Positions 1-9,145 of a stretch of DNA of 27,956 nucleotides are shown one piece after another (positions within the stretch are counted from its first letter, which is position 1; each line of letters begins with the position of its first letter). The translations under genes were made by a program, and so were the position numbers. Origin of the DNA: Promethearchaeia archaeon (GTDB lineage: Archaea; Asgardarchaeota; Lokiarchaeia; Sigyniarchaeales; SOKP01); contig JAHQWH010000143.1 in assembly GCA_029856105.1 (NCBI GenBank), forward strand, positions 1 through 27,956. The letters run 5' to 3'. The notes under the pieces were generated by a model. That model saw only the letters and a list, made by a program, of their open reading frames with translations, was not told the DNA's origin and made no database searches.

Positions 1-592
1 TATAGAAATTGGCAAATGCTATTGAAAATTTTGACCTTGCGATGTACTTTTCATTTTGAATTTCTTTAGCAAGATTTAACATTTTATGGAAATAATTCAA
101 CGCTTCATCCAATTTGCCTTGAGCTCGTTTGATCCAACCAATAGCTTCAAGCTGGACAAATATTGATTTTTTATCGTTCAAAGTTTCATAAATCGCTGCG
201 CTACGATGATAGTTTACTATAGCATTTTCAAGATTCCCTTGAACAGATTGCATAGCGCCTTTTATAGAAAATAGTCTGCCTATTCCATTCTTTACAAAGG
301 AATTTTCTTTTTTAACTTTATTCATTTGGTTTATAATTTGTTCAGAAAACTTAATTTCTTCATTAACTTGGTCATATTTTTTTAAGCCCATTATCGCTAC
401 TAATCTTACTATTCTTGCGCCAAATTTCTGAATTAAGTTTATTTGGGTTCCTTCTTCTTCTTTTAAAATGTTGTTAACTATTGAAAGAGATTTATCAAAC
501 TTCCTCGCTTTTAATAATGTTAAACAATTTAAAATTTGCTTATCAATATTCTCTAATTTTTGAAATTGCTTTTCCTTTTTCAATTTCCTCAA
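1..592 (-). CDS. Tetratricopeptide-repeat protein; 5' part only, runs off the left edge (not in ORF track)
   Basis: Hand translation of the minus strand from TTG at 592 gives MRKLKKEKQFQKLENIDKQILNCL...QLEAIGWIKRAQGKLDEALNYFHKMLNLAKEIQNEKYIARSKFSIAFANFY, with a TPR consensus (G-x-x-x-x-x-G-x-x-x-x-A-x-x-Y). The start codon is uncertain (TTG 592 or 583). Confidence 0.8.
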   Translation of the reverse strand, partial: MRKLKKEKQFQKLENIDKQILNCLTLLKARKFDKSLSIVNNILKEEEGTQINLIQKFGARIVRLVAIMGLKKYDQVNEEIKFSEQIINQMNKVKKENSFVKNGIGRLFSIKGAMQSVQGNLENAIVNYHRSAAIYETLNDKKSIFVQLEAIGWIKRAQGKLDEALNYFHKMLNLAKEIQNEKYIARSKFSIAFANFY

Positions 593-900
593 ATAGCTTT
601 AAATATCAATTATAATATATTTTTTATGGTATTTCAACCTTGAATATTCAATAATAAGGTCTACGAATGATTAATAAACAGTTAGCTTAATTAATAACAT
701 TTAACATTTTTGTTATATTTTTTTTATTTTAATTGTTATATTTAATATTTTATCTTTATTACTCTACAATTTATTTATATCATTGATCGAACATAAGATA
801 ACTAATATTTTTTAAAAATAAAGAACTAAGAATGGTAAGAAAATTAATTAAATTAAATTCTATTATAAATGAAAATCCTTAAAAATTCTAAAGTGATCTA

Positions 901-1872
901 ATGAAATCTGTTTTAATATTTATAGATGGAACTATATGTGACACACGTCAGAGACATCAAATTGGAATACAGACGTCAGATTTTAATAAACGTGAATCAA
1001 TTCTCAAAGATAAAGCTGTAACTAATAGTGTAAAATGCTTAAATAAATTAACAAATAGATATAATATTGTTTACATTGGAGCAAGACCGGAATTCACAAT
1101 GGAGTACACTAAAGAATGGTTAGAAAAAGAAGGATTTCCAAATGGAGAATTATATTTAGGACAAACCCAAAAAGACCGACTTGAAATAGTAAAAAAAATA
1201 AATAATAAATATGATTTCATTGCGGGGATAGGTGATCGGTGGGATGATAATGAATTACATTTGGAAATAGGATGTTTAAGTATTATAATAAAAGAATTTG
1301 GCGGTAATTGGGATTTTGTCTATAATTATATCATAGATTATGAACAGAAAATGAAAATTAAACAGAACGAAATTCATTTAAAAGGAAAGATTGAGGGTTT
1401 AGCTCGTGTATTACCAAAACTCTACAATAAATATGGAGATGAATTGTGGGAAGCATATTTCAATGCTGTTCTTAACATGGCAGAAGAGTCCAGAGAAGAA
1501 AGAAGAAAAGAAGATCTTGAATCATTTGATAGATTTAATCTAAATCCTGAGAATTTAGAAGATTTTGCTAAATGGGAAGAATTAATAAATGAAGAAGGAT
1601 GGGAGAATAATGAAGCATATGGATTACAAGATATTGAAACAGCAGAAGCAACGAATAATCGTTTTGTAAATAAAATAACACGTTGTCGATATGCTGAAAT
1701 TTGGCACGAGTTTGGATTTCCTGAAATCGGCTATGAAATTCACTGCCACTCAGACTATGCGTGGTGGGATCATCCTGCTTGGAACCCTAAAGTAAGATTT
1801 AAACAACCGAAAACTCTTATGAAAGGTGATGACTGTTGTCTATTCATTCTATTTATACCTGATGAAATCTGA
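901..1872 (+). CDS. Fusion of a HAD-like domain and an L-2-amino-thiazoline-4-carboxylate hydrolase-like (V4R-like, Cys-rich) domain
   Basis: The N-terminus has a HAD motif I-like FIDGT and a motif IV-like GIGDRWDD. The C-terminus has CRYAE...IHCHSD...[11 protein letters not shown], typical of the ATC-hydrolase family. Confidence 0.7.
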   Translation: MKSVLIFIDGTICDTRQRHQIGIQTSDFNKRESILKDKAVTNSVKCLNKLTNRYNIVYIGARPEFTMEYTKEWLEKEGFPNGELYLGQTQKDRLEIVKKINNKYDFIAGIGDRWDDNELHLEIGCLSIIIKEFGGNWDFVYNYIIDYEQKMKIKQNEIHLKGKIEGLARVLPKLYNKYGDELWEAYFNAVLNMAEESREERRKEDLESFDRFNLNPENLEDFAKWEELINEEGWENNEAYGLQDIETAEATNNRFVNKITRCRYAEIWHEFGFPEIGYEIHCHSDYAWWDHPAWNPKVRFKQPKTLMKGDDCCLFILFIPDEI

Positions 1873-1883
1873 GTATTTGTTTA

Positions 1884-2060
1884 GATGTTATTCAATTTGC
1901 TGACGCACTACCAAAAACTCGAAGCGGTAAGATAATGTGCAGAATTCTTAAAGCCATAGCTTCGGGCACAGAAATTGGTAATGTTACGACCTTAGCCGAT
2001 CCTTCAGTAGTCGATGTATTGCTTGAAGAGCGTAAGAAAATGGATGTTGAAGTAGGTTAA
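1884..2060 (+). pseudogene. acs: 3' remnant of acetyl-CoA synthetase (AMP-forming), no start codon
   Basis: Translates to [58 protein letters not shown]. This contains the ACS A10 motif PKTRSGK and the C-terminal TTLADP. Only ~58 codons are present. Confidence 0.88.
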
Positions 2061-2064
2061 ACCT

Positions 2065-2093
2065 TAATTTTTATTTTATTTTTTATTTTTTTT
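2065..2093 (+). terminator. Archaeal oligo-T terminator candidate after the acs remnant
   Basis: T-runs immediately follow the TAA stop; a similar tract lies at ~2934-2962. Confidence 0.45.
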
Positions 2094-2185
2094 GATTGAC
2101 CTCTGGAATTTACTTATATGATTATTCACACATAAGGAATTAATATTTTAATGATCATATGTATATATATATCTAGTGAGTAAAA

Positions 2186-2419
2186 ATGACATCAAGATCA
2201 ATTTCAATTAAGGAAGAAATCTATAATCAACTTGACAAATATCGATTAAAGAACGAAAGTTTCTCAGAGGCGATAAAAAGATTACTAGAGTCTAACGCTG
2301 ATATTTTAGATTTAGCTGGGGCTTGGAAAAAAATCAGCGATGTGGAGCCTGCATTGGATGTAGTTGAAAAAATCGTAAAAAAAATACATGAAGAAGAAAA
2401 TGATATTAAATTGATATAA
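2186..2419 (+). CDS. vapB: VapB-type antitoxin (archaeal DUF217-like)
   Basis: The N-terminus SISIKEEIYNQL..K..NESFSEAIKRLL matches the family pattern, and the gene lies directly upstream of a PIN gene. Confidence 0.85.
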   Translation: MTSRSISIKEEIYNQLDKYRLKNESFSEAIKRLLESNADILDLAGAWKKISDVEPALDVVEKIVKKIHEEENDIKLI

Positions 2420-2420
2420 A

Positions 2421-2852
2421 ATGGCTGTTTTAATAGACACTAACATCATTATTGGTTTCTTAAAAGAAGATACATTAATTGTTGAAAAAATACGAGAATA
2501 TATAAAAAACAAAATTCCTCTTTTTACATCTACAATTTCTATTTATGAAATCTATACAGGAATTGTTGCTAATCTATACCTAAAAGGAGGTAGACCATCC
2601 AAGGTTCCAGAATTATTAGCAGCTTATGATAAATTCCTTTTAAAGTGTGGAATTCTTAACTTTACAAGAGAATCTGCTGAAAAAGCAGCAGATATTTATG
2701 CGCAATCACAAGGAAAGGGAACCACTATTAAAGAAAAGGATTGTCAAATTGCTGGAATTGCGTTAGCTCATGGAATTACAGAAGTTTATACTCAAGACGA
2801 ACAAGATTTTTCAAGGATATTTGATATTGTTGGATTGAAATACATCGGATAA
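2421..2852 (+). CDS. vapC: VapC PIN-domain ribonuclease toxin
   Basis: PIN acidic motifs: LIDTNII, SIYEI, DCQIAGIA, TQDEQDF. Confidence 0.9.
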   Translation: MAVLIDTNIIIGFLKEDTLIVEKIREYIKNKIPLFTSTISIYEIYTGIVANLYLKGGRPSKVPELLAAYDKFLLKCGILNFTRESAEKAADIYAQSQGKGTTIKEKDCQIAGIALAHGITEVYTQDEQDFSRIFDIVGLKYIG

Positions 2853-3101
2853 AAACCGGTTGAAATTCTTTATTTTGTATTACATTCCGAATGCACTCAT
2901 TATTCTCAATCATGAATTTCGAAGTAGGTTAAATTATTTTATTTTATTTTTTCAATTTTTTCTCTTACTTCTCTTTTAGGTTTCTCTTATGCTTCATGTT
3001 CAAATTAAAAAACAAACAAACAAACAAAAAAACTTAGAAATTAATTTAAAAGTCTTGAAGATTATTTATATTTAAGTGATAGAAGTCAAATAGTTGATCA
3101 A

Positions 3102-5636
3102 ATGAAAAATAGCCATTTAAAATTATATTCCTTAGCGAAATTAAACTCATTAGAGATTTTAATAGAAGAACGTATTCAATATGTAGGATCAAATCAATCG
3201 AGGTTTTTTGAGAATTATATTAAAAACCAGAAAATTCTAAAACGAAAAGTATTCATTACAAAGATATTTAGTTCAGTTATTTTTAGTATTTTACCTTTAA
3301 TTCCTTTATTAACTTATTTTCAAATAGATGAAATTCTTATCGAGGACAATTACAGCATAGATACTATCGTATTTGTTGGAAACTTACTCTTTACTTTGTA
3401 TATTTTGCTCCAATTTTTAAATTTTTTTCTATTAGGCATATTTAGCACTTCTTTAATTATTTCTGGAAGAATTTTTAGATGGTATGAAACTTTTCCAATA
3501 TCCAGAGACAAATTAAAAAAAATAGTTTATTTAACAATATTTCGGACTTTAGATTTGCCAATTATTGTATCAATTTTCGCATTTCCTATAATATTTTTAG
3601 TGGGGACTCTAAATATTACAATGTTTTTTGTTTGTTTAGGAATTTCTTTTCTTAATTGCTTGTTATCCTTTAGTATACTTATATATATTAGTGAAAGAAT
3701 CAACCGTATTTTAGATATTAATGAAATAGGTTCTAAAAAAACACATGGTATTCGTTTATTTAATATGTTCAGCTACCTTGCAATCATTACTATTAGTGTT
3801 TATACAATCCAATGGGTTATTGGTTCTTTGGGTTTTTTTTTTGACTGGTTTACAAATATGGAAAACGCTTCGTTTATTAATTTGATTTTAAGCGTTATAA
3901 TTTATCCTTTTACACCTGGTTATGTAATCTCGTTATTTATTTCTCCAAGTGGCGTCCCTAATGAACTTTGGTTTACCACATTCCTTGGACTTGGTATATT
4001 GGTATTGTTAACAATTAGAATTTATAATAAAGCTCTTGATAACCTTGAAAAAACTACATATTCTAAATATAAAACAGATAAGAAAAATTTTATATCATTT
4101 TATGGCCGAAAGAAACAAAAATTAAATTTGAAGGTGGTTTCTCCGGTTAGTGCATTTATCCGTAAAGATTTACTTACTGCTTCAAGAGATATTAAAACTT
4201 TTATGTCCATGATAATGCCAATAGTTCTATCTTTTGTGTTTAAATTTTCATTTAATCTTAGTTTATTAGGAATTTCCGTTCCCATTGAATCAAAGTTAAT
4301 ATACGATTGGATGGTAATTATAGGTTTTAATGTTATTTTAGGAGCTACGATAATCTATAATCTAATAAATATTGAAGAGTCAGGAGAAACGATATTATCT
4401 TCCCTTCCCATTAATCCACGTGATCAAGCAAAAGCTAAATTGGTTTTGATGTTAATTATACAAACAGTTTCAGTAATATCTCCAAATTTAATGTATATTA
4501 TGGACCCCCAATTTTTTGACTATTTGATAACTTCTTTAGCAACTATACCCTTTATATGGATGTTTTTGTTTTTAATGTTCGAGATGAGAATTTATTATTT
4601 TGGGAAGATAAACAACCGGTATATTATTGGGGATATTGTCGCTGAAAATAAATTGTTTAAATGGATTCTAATTTTTTTAGCAAATTACTTCTTTTACTAC
4701 TGGTTAATGGTGTTTACTATTAATCTTTATTATTTTGATGACTTAAATAACCTGTTAGAAATATTAACTACTATTCTTATTATAAGTTTTTTCCTTGTTG
4801 CTTCTTTATTTAACTCAATGTTTCCCAAAAAATTAAATGAGGTTTTTAATGAAGAGAAAGCAAAGATATATGGAATTTCCGAAATTGATAAGGATGGAAC
4901 TCCAACATGGTTTACTAAACATATTTGGATATCTATTTTTTTACTTATAATTCTTTTTTATATTTTTGGAATTATATCTTATTTTATGATGTCTGTTTTT
5001 AGTCCTTTTTATCTTGAGTATCCATATAGCGGGAGTCATGATATATCAAAAATAACATCTCTATTGGTTTTTAATTTAACGTTTATGTTATTCTTATTCA
5101 TAGTTCCAAGAATACTAGGTTTACCAAGAGGTAAACATTCATTCCCATTATATTTAAATAATATTGGCTTAGGATGGCTTTATAAATCATTTAAGAAAGT
5201 AATGGTAGGAATTCTATTTTTAATTCTATTTTTGATTCTTTATTTCATAATATTCGGGATTTTTTTATATCCACAAGAAATAGAAGACCTTTTTTATTTC
5301 GATAGTTCATTATTTTTTTTAATATTTAACATATCGAGTCAATTTTGGTTTGAAATATTAATAAGAGGGATTATTTTTACCATGCTTTTAACGAAATATA
5401 GTGAAAAAAAGAGCCTTGTATTGAACGTTATAATTTATGTAATTATATATCAACTCCCAACTGTATTTTATGTAGAAAGGAATTACTTTTCTTATCTCTT
5501 TAATTTAATTTATATATTTATAATTGGATTAATTTTTGCTTTCATATTTCTTAAATCAAAAAGTATTCTTCCTGGAATGACTGTAATAATTTTGACAAGT
5601 GTTTTAGGAATAAGTATATTTTTTAATTTTTATTAA
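3102..5636 (+). CDS. Polytopic membrane protein: ABC-permease-like N-terminal region fused to a degenerate CPBP (Abi/CAAX protease)-like C-terminal domain
   Basis: Many TM segments; FIRKDLLTASRD and LSSLPINPRD resemble ABC-2-type permease motifs; C-terminal WFEILIRG and KSKSILPG resemble CPBP motifs. Confidence 0.55.
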   Translation: MKNSHLKLYSLAKLNSLEILIEERIQYVGSNQSRFFENYIKNQKILKRKVFITKIFSSVIFSILPLIPLLTYFQIDEILIEDNYSIDTIVFVGNLLFTLYILLQFLNFFLLGIFSTSLIISGRIFRWYETFPISRDKLKKIVYLTIFRTLDLPIIVSIFAFPIIFLVGTLNITMFFVCLGISFLNCLLSFSILIYISERINRILDINEIGSKKTHGIRLFNMFSYLAIITISVYTIQWVIGSLGFFFDWFTNMENASFINLILSVIIYPFTPGYVISLFISPSGVPNELWFTTFLGLGILVLLTIRIYNKALDNLEKTTYSKYKTDKKNFISFYGRKKQKLNLKVVSPVSAFIRKDLLTASRDIKTFMSMIMPIVLSFVFKFSFNLSLLGISVPIESKLIYDWMVIIGFNVILGATIIYNLINIEESGETILSSLPINPRDQAKAKLVLMLIIQTVSVISPNLMYIMDPQFFDYLITSLATIPFIWMFLFLMFEMRIYYFGKINNRYIIGDIVAENKLFKWILIFLANYFFYYWLMVFTINLYYFDDLNNLLEILTTILIISFFLVASLFNSMFPKKLNEVFNEEKAKIYGISEIDKDGTPTWFTKHIWISIFLLIILFYIFGIISYFMMSVFSPFYLEYPYSGSHDISKITSLLVFNLTFMLFLFIVPRILGLPRGKHSFPLYLNNIGLGWLYKSFKKVMVGILFLILFLILYFIIFGIFLYPQEIEDLFYFDSSLFFLIFNISSQFWFEILIRGIIFTMLLTKYSEKKSLVLNVIIYVIIYQLPTVFYVERNYFSYLFNLIYIFIIGLIFAFIFLKSKSILPGMTVIILTSVLGISIFFNFY

Positions 5637-5658
5637 ATTATAGAGATGATTAAGATAA

Positions 5659-6456
5659 ATGAGTATAAAGAATAATACTAAACCTCCTAATAAAAAAATT
5701 ACTACAAATTTGAAGGAACATTTATGGAGATCAATTGTAATAATAATAATATTAATTTCTTATATTTTGGTTGAATATTTAATCATTTTAATCTATAACC
5801 CTATTGATCAACTTTATTTCCTTGAGCATGATGAATTTTTATATCAATTGACTTTACTATTCTTTCTTCTAATTACAAACTTAATCTTTGGTTTGTTTTT
5901 AATCGGAGTTGTACCTAAGATATTAGGATTTCAATTAAATAAGCACTCTATTTCGCAATTTTTAGAAAAAATAGGATTAGGCTGGTTAAGATCAATATCA
6001 AAAGAAATTCTATTAGGTATTATTGCCGTTATCTTAATTTCTTTTGTCAATATTGTATATTTTTTGATTTTATTACCCGAATATCCATATTATCTTAGTT
6101 CTATTAACCACATTGTTTTTGAAACAATCTTTTTTTTAGGAATCTATTTCTGGAGTGAAATAACTTTTCGAGGGATCTTTTTATCAGTTTTAATGAAAAA
6201 ATATCGTAGTATAGTAGTAATTTTTTTGAATTCTTTTATTTATTTATTCTATTTTTACATAAAATTACTCATTTTTATAAACTTACAGATGTTTTTATCA
6301 TTTGAACTAATTATAGTTAGTTTTCTAATTTTTTTTTATGCTTTAATAAATAGTTACCTTTTTTTTAAGACAAATAGCCTTATCCCAGGTATAGTTTTGA
6401 ACACAGGGCTAATTCTAACTGGATTTCTTTTAGCTGATATTATAGTTATGATTTAA
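5659..6456 (+). CDS. Degenerate CPBP-family membrane protein, paralog of the C-terminus of the upstream gene
   Basis: WSEITFRG and KTNSLIPG motifs; it shares VP(R/K)ILG...IGLGWL with the upstream protein. Confidence 0.6.
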   Translation: MSIKNNTKPPNKKITTNLKEHLWRSIVIIIILISYILVEYLIILIYNPIDQLYFLEHDEFLYQLTLLFFLLITNLIFGLFLIGVVPKILGFQLNKHSISQFLEKIGLGWLRSISKEILLGIIAVILISFVNIVYFLILLPEYPYYLSSINHIVFETIFFLGIYFWSEITFRGIFLSVLMKKYRSIVVIFLNSFIYLFYFYIKLLIFINLQMFLSFELIIVSFLIFFYALINSYLFFKTNSLIPGIVLNTGLILTGFLLADIIVMI

Positions 6457-6554
6457 AATACTTGTTGAAGCTTAATATTTTTAAGAAAATCATTGAAATA
6501 ATGAATTAAAAAAAATTTTAGTTAGCAGAAACTTTACCGAAAAATTATTAAATC

Positions 6555-7193
6555 CTTTAGGAGACATTCTTATTCTCCATAGGAAAAAAAAAGTTTTACT
6601 TCTTTTTTTAAGTAGTAATGGTAAACATGGTGCATCAGATACTTAGCATTCTGTAAACACTGAGCCTTCTTGCACACTTTTATCAATATTTTAATCTATT
6701 GGTTTTTCTGAATATATTAAATCGTTAATAAGTAGGTTAAGGAGCATTTTATATTTGTTTTACCCTATTAAAAGTATGAACAAGTGTCATAATTGCCATA
6801 ATTCAATAGCTGAAAATCAGATACTTTGCATGAATTGTGGATCTCAAATAAAGCCACTTGAAGTAAAATTAAGAATATTTGGTGCAAGACATAAACACTT
6901 TTTACTTATCCAGCATCCACCATTAACTGAGAGAAATCTGGTTAAATGGAGATATCGAGAACAAAAAGTAATACTGAAAGCTCCAAAGGGTAATATGACA
7001 TTAGATAACTGGTTTTAAATTAGCGGGCTATTTACTAATTGCATTAACGCATTAGATTTATTACTATGTAAATTAAAAAAGAGTTTCCAGATAAATTTAT
7101 ATCTAAAAAGGAGTAAGCTCTCATAATTCTTTTTCAAGGGTGTTAATCAATGAAACTTTAGGAGACATTCCTATTCTCCATAGGAAAAAAAAA
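6555..7193. repeat. 38-bp direct repeat with hairpin (6555-6592 and 7156-7193, 1 mismatch)
   Basis: CTTTAGGAGACATTC(T/C)TATTCTCCATAGGAAAAAAAAA, with an internal inverted repeat GGAGA/TCTCC. Confidence 0.92.
6755..7018 (+). CDS. Small zinc-ribbon protein with a C-terminal PIP-box-like motif (likely start ATG 6776)
   Basis: CHNC-x10-CMNCG zinc ribbon; the protein ends NMTLDNWF*. Confidence 0.65.
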   Translation: MFYPIKSMNKCHNCHNSIAENQILCMNCGSQIKPLEVKLRIFGARHKHFLLIQHPPLTERNLVKWRYREQKVILKAPKGNMTLDNWF

Positions 7194-7354
7194 TCAACAA
7201 TTTTTGTATAGTTTTAATAAAACCTTTTAAGAGGGTTAAACAAAGCGTTTATTGGGCTTTTTAAGTTATTACTCATTTTACTATTAGACTGAGAAGTTAT
7301 TTCATTTAGTATAAGTTTATTTGTCAAGTATAAAGCTGGTAGAGGTTAACCTTC

Positions 7355-9133
7355 ATGAGTTTAGAGAGAAAGAAGTACAAAAGTTATAAAACTTGGCTCC
7401 TTCACCATCTTTACAAAAATAAATTCTTGATATTGTTTGTTATAATAGGTATTATAATTGTTACTTTTACAAGAACTCTCATACCTATAATTATTGGCGA
7501 GATTGTAGATGACGCGCTAATTGCTCTTGACTACGATATATTCATAAAGCTCATTATTATGGGGTTAGCAATTTATCTCATCCGTAATGTTATGGATTAT
7601 GTAACGATGATGACCGGCCACTATCTTGGTTTGAAAACCGAGCAAAATATAAGGCAAGAGTTTTTTGAGACTATCCAACATAAACCTTTAAGATATCACG
7701 ATAACGCTAAAGCTGGGGATTTGCAAGCCCTAGCAACCAATGATGTGCGTATAATCAATACGATGATTTCCCACGGAAGCTTTTTTTTCTATCCATTCTT
7801 TCAAGTGGCAATAACTTTGCTTCTCCTTATTACTACACTCGATATAAGATTAGCTTTAGCATGTATTCCTTTTATTTTTTTTTACATTTACTTTATTTTG
7901 TCTTATCGCAGAAAAATTGCACCTTTTGCTGCTAAAAGGTTGAGGAAACATTCAAATTTAGCAGTTGTATTACAGGATAGTATAACAGGTGCTTCTGTAG
8001 TCAGATCTTTTGCTGCGGAAGGTTTAGAACGAAAAAAATTTACGAAAGCAGTAAACGCTTTCAGAGATAACTCCATCGGAGAATATTTAGTGCAAGCAAA
8101 ATATTTTCCTATGTTAGTTCTATACATAACCATCGGAATTTCACTTATTTTTTGCCTTGTCTTTGTATTCCAGAATTCATTAACCATTGGAGAATTAGTT
8201 GCTACGAATCTACTTTTGATAACTCTTGTAGATCCAACTAACCTTATTTGGTGGGCTACAAATGATATGATGAGTGGGTTTGCGGCTTGTTCGCGCTTGT
8301 TTATAGCATTATCCAATGAGGATAACGAGGATCAAAGAATTAAGAATCAATCGTGGCCGAAGGAGTTCAAAGGAAAAATAGAATTTAGAGATATAACTTT
8401 TACATATGAGAATGGAGATAAAAATCGATCCCCTGTTCTGAAAAATCTCAATTTCGTAATCGAACCGAATCAAAAAGTTGCTCTTGTTGGTCCCACAGGG
8501 TGTGGCAAAACAACGATCGCAAAATTACTGCTCCTCCTTTATGAACCCCAACAAGGGACTATTTTGTTGGATGGAAAAAACATTCAGGATTATCCCCTTG
8601 AAGAACTAAGAAGAAAGATTGGATATATAGAGCAAGACATCTATTTGTTCTCGCAAACTATACTTGAAAATATCGCTTTTGGAAACCAAAATGCTAATCA
8701 CAACGAAATAATTAGCGTAGCAAAACTTGCTCAAGTTGATGATTTTGTGCAAAATTTCTCGGACGGATACAATACCGTTGTAGGTGAGAGGGGTACGCGG
8801 CTCTCAGGAGGAGAGAAACAGCGGGTGGCTATTGCTCGAGCTTTTTTAACTAATCCTGCCATGCTGATACTTGACGATTCGGTTTCTGCGATTGATAGTG
8901 AAACGGAGGAGAAGATTTGGCGAGCGATGGAAAATATAATAAAAAACAGAACTACTCTAATAATAACTCATCGCCTTCATACCATACGGACATCAGATAA
9001 AATTTTAGTTCTCAAGCACGGAAGAATTGTAGCAGAAGGAAATCACTCTGAATTATTTCAATCATCTGAAGATTATAGGCGAATTTTTGGGAAACGAGTT
9101 TCTTTATCAGATTTTAAAAGATATAACATTTAA
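7355..9133 (+). CDS. ABC exporter, fused TMD-NBD, heterodimer subunit with degenerate Walker B
   Basis: Walker A GPTGCGKT, signature LSGGEKQR, Walker B ILDD (E to D), H-loop ITHR. Confidence 0.93.
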   Translation: MSLERKKYKSYKTWLLHHLYKNKFLILFVIIGIIIVTFTRTLIPIIIGEIVDDALIALDYDIFIKLIIMGLAIYLIRNVMDYVTMMTGHYLGLKTEQNIRQEFFETIQHKPLRYHDNAKAGDLQALATNDVRIINTMISHGSFFFYPFFQVAITLLLLITTLDIRLALACIPFIFFYIYFILSYRRKIAPFAAKRLRKHSNLAVVLQDSITGASVVRSFAAEGLERKKFTKAVNAFRDNSIGEYLVQAKYFPMLVLYITIGISLIFCLVFVFQNSLTIGELVATNLLLITLVDPTNLIWWATNDMMSGFAACSRLFIALSNEDNEDQRIKNQSWPKEFKGKIEFRDITFTYENGDKNRSPVLKNLNFVIEPNQKVALVGPTGCGKTTIAKLLLLLYEPQQGTILLDGKNIQDYPLEELRRKIGYIEQDIYLFSQTILENIAFGNQNANHNEIISVAKLAQVDDFVQNFSDGYNTVVGERGTRLSGGEKQRVAIARAFLTNPAMLILDDSVSAIDSETEEKIWRAMENIIKNRTTLIITHRLHTIRTSDKILVLKHGRIVAEGNHSELFQSSEDYRRIFGKRVSLSDFKRYNI

Positions 9134-9145
9134 CGAGGTATCATA

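Larger units (their letters stand above)
2049..2933. repeat. 13-bp direct repeat GAAGTAGGTTAAA flanking vapBC (2049-2061 and 2921-2933); both copies are followed by T-rich tracts
   Basis: Exact match read from the sequence. An 11-bp partial copy AAGTAGGTTAA lies at 6730-6740. Confidence 0.75.

Noticed and set aside
3008-3032. (AAAC)n microsatellite; also a (GT)n stretch near 21860
   Set aside because: Short, low-complexity tracts with no evident function.
6570-6690. Short minus-strand ORF (~38 aa) inside the repeat-bounded module
   Set aside because: It has a TTG start, no motif and runs through the repeat; unsupported.
6555-7193. 38-bp repeats as a CRISPR array or SECIS element
   Set aside because: There are only two copies ~560 bp apart, no cas genes, no in-frame UGA selenoprotein nearby and no clear SECIS core.
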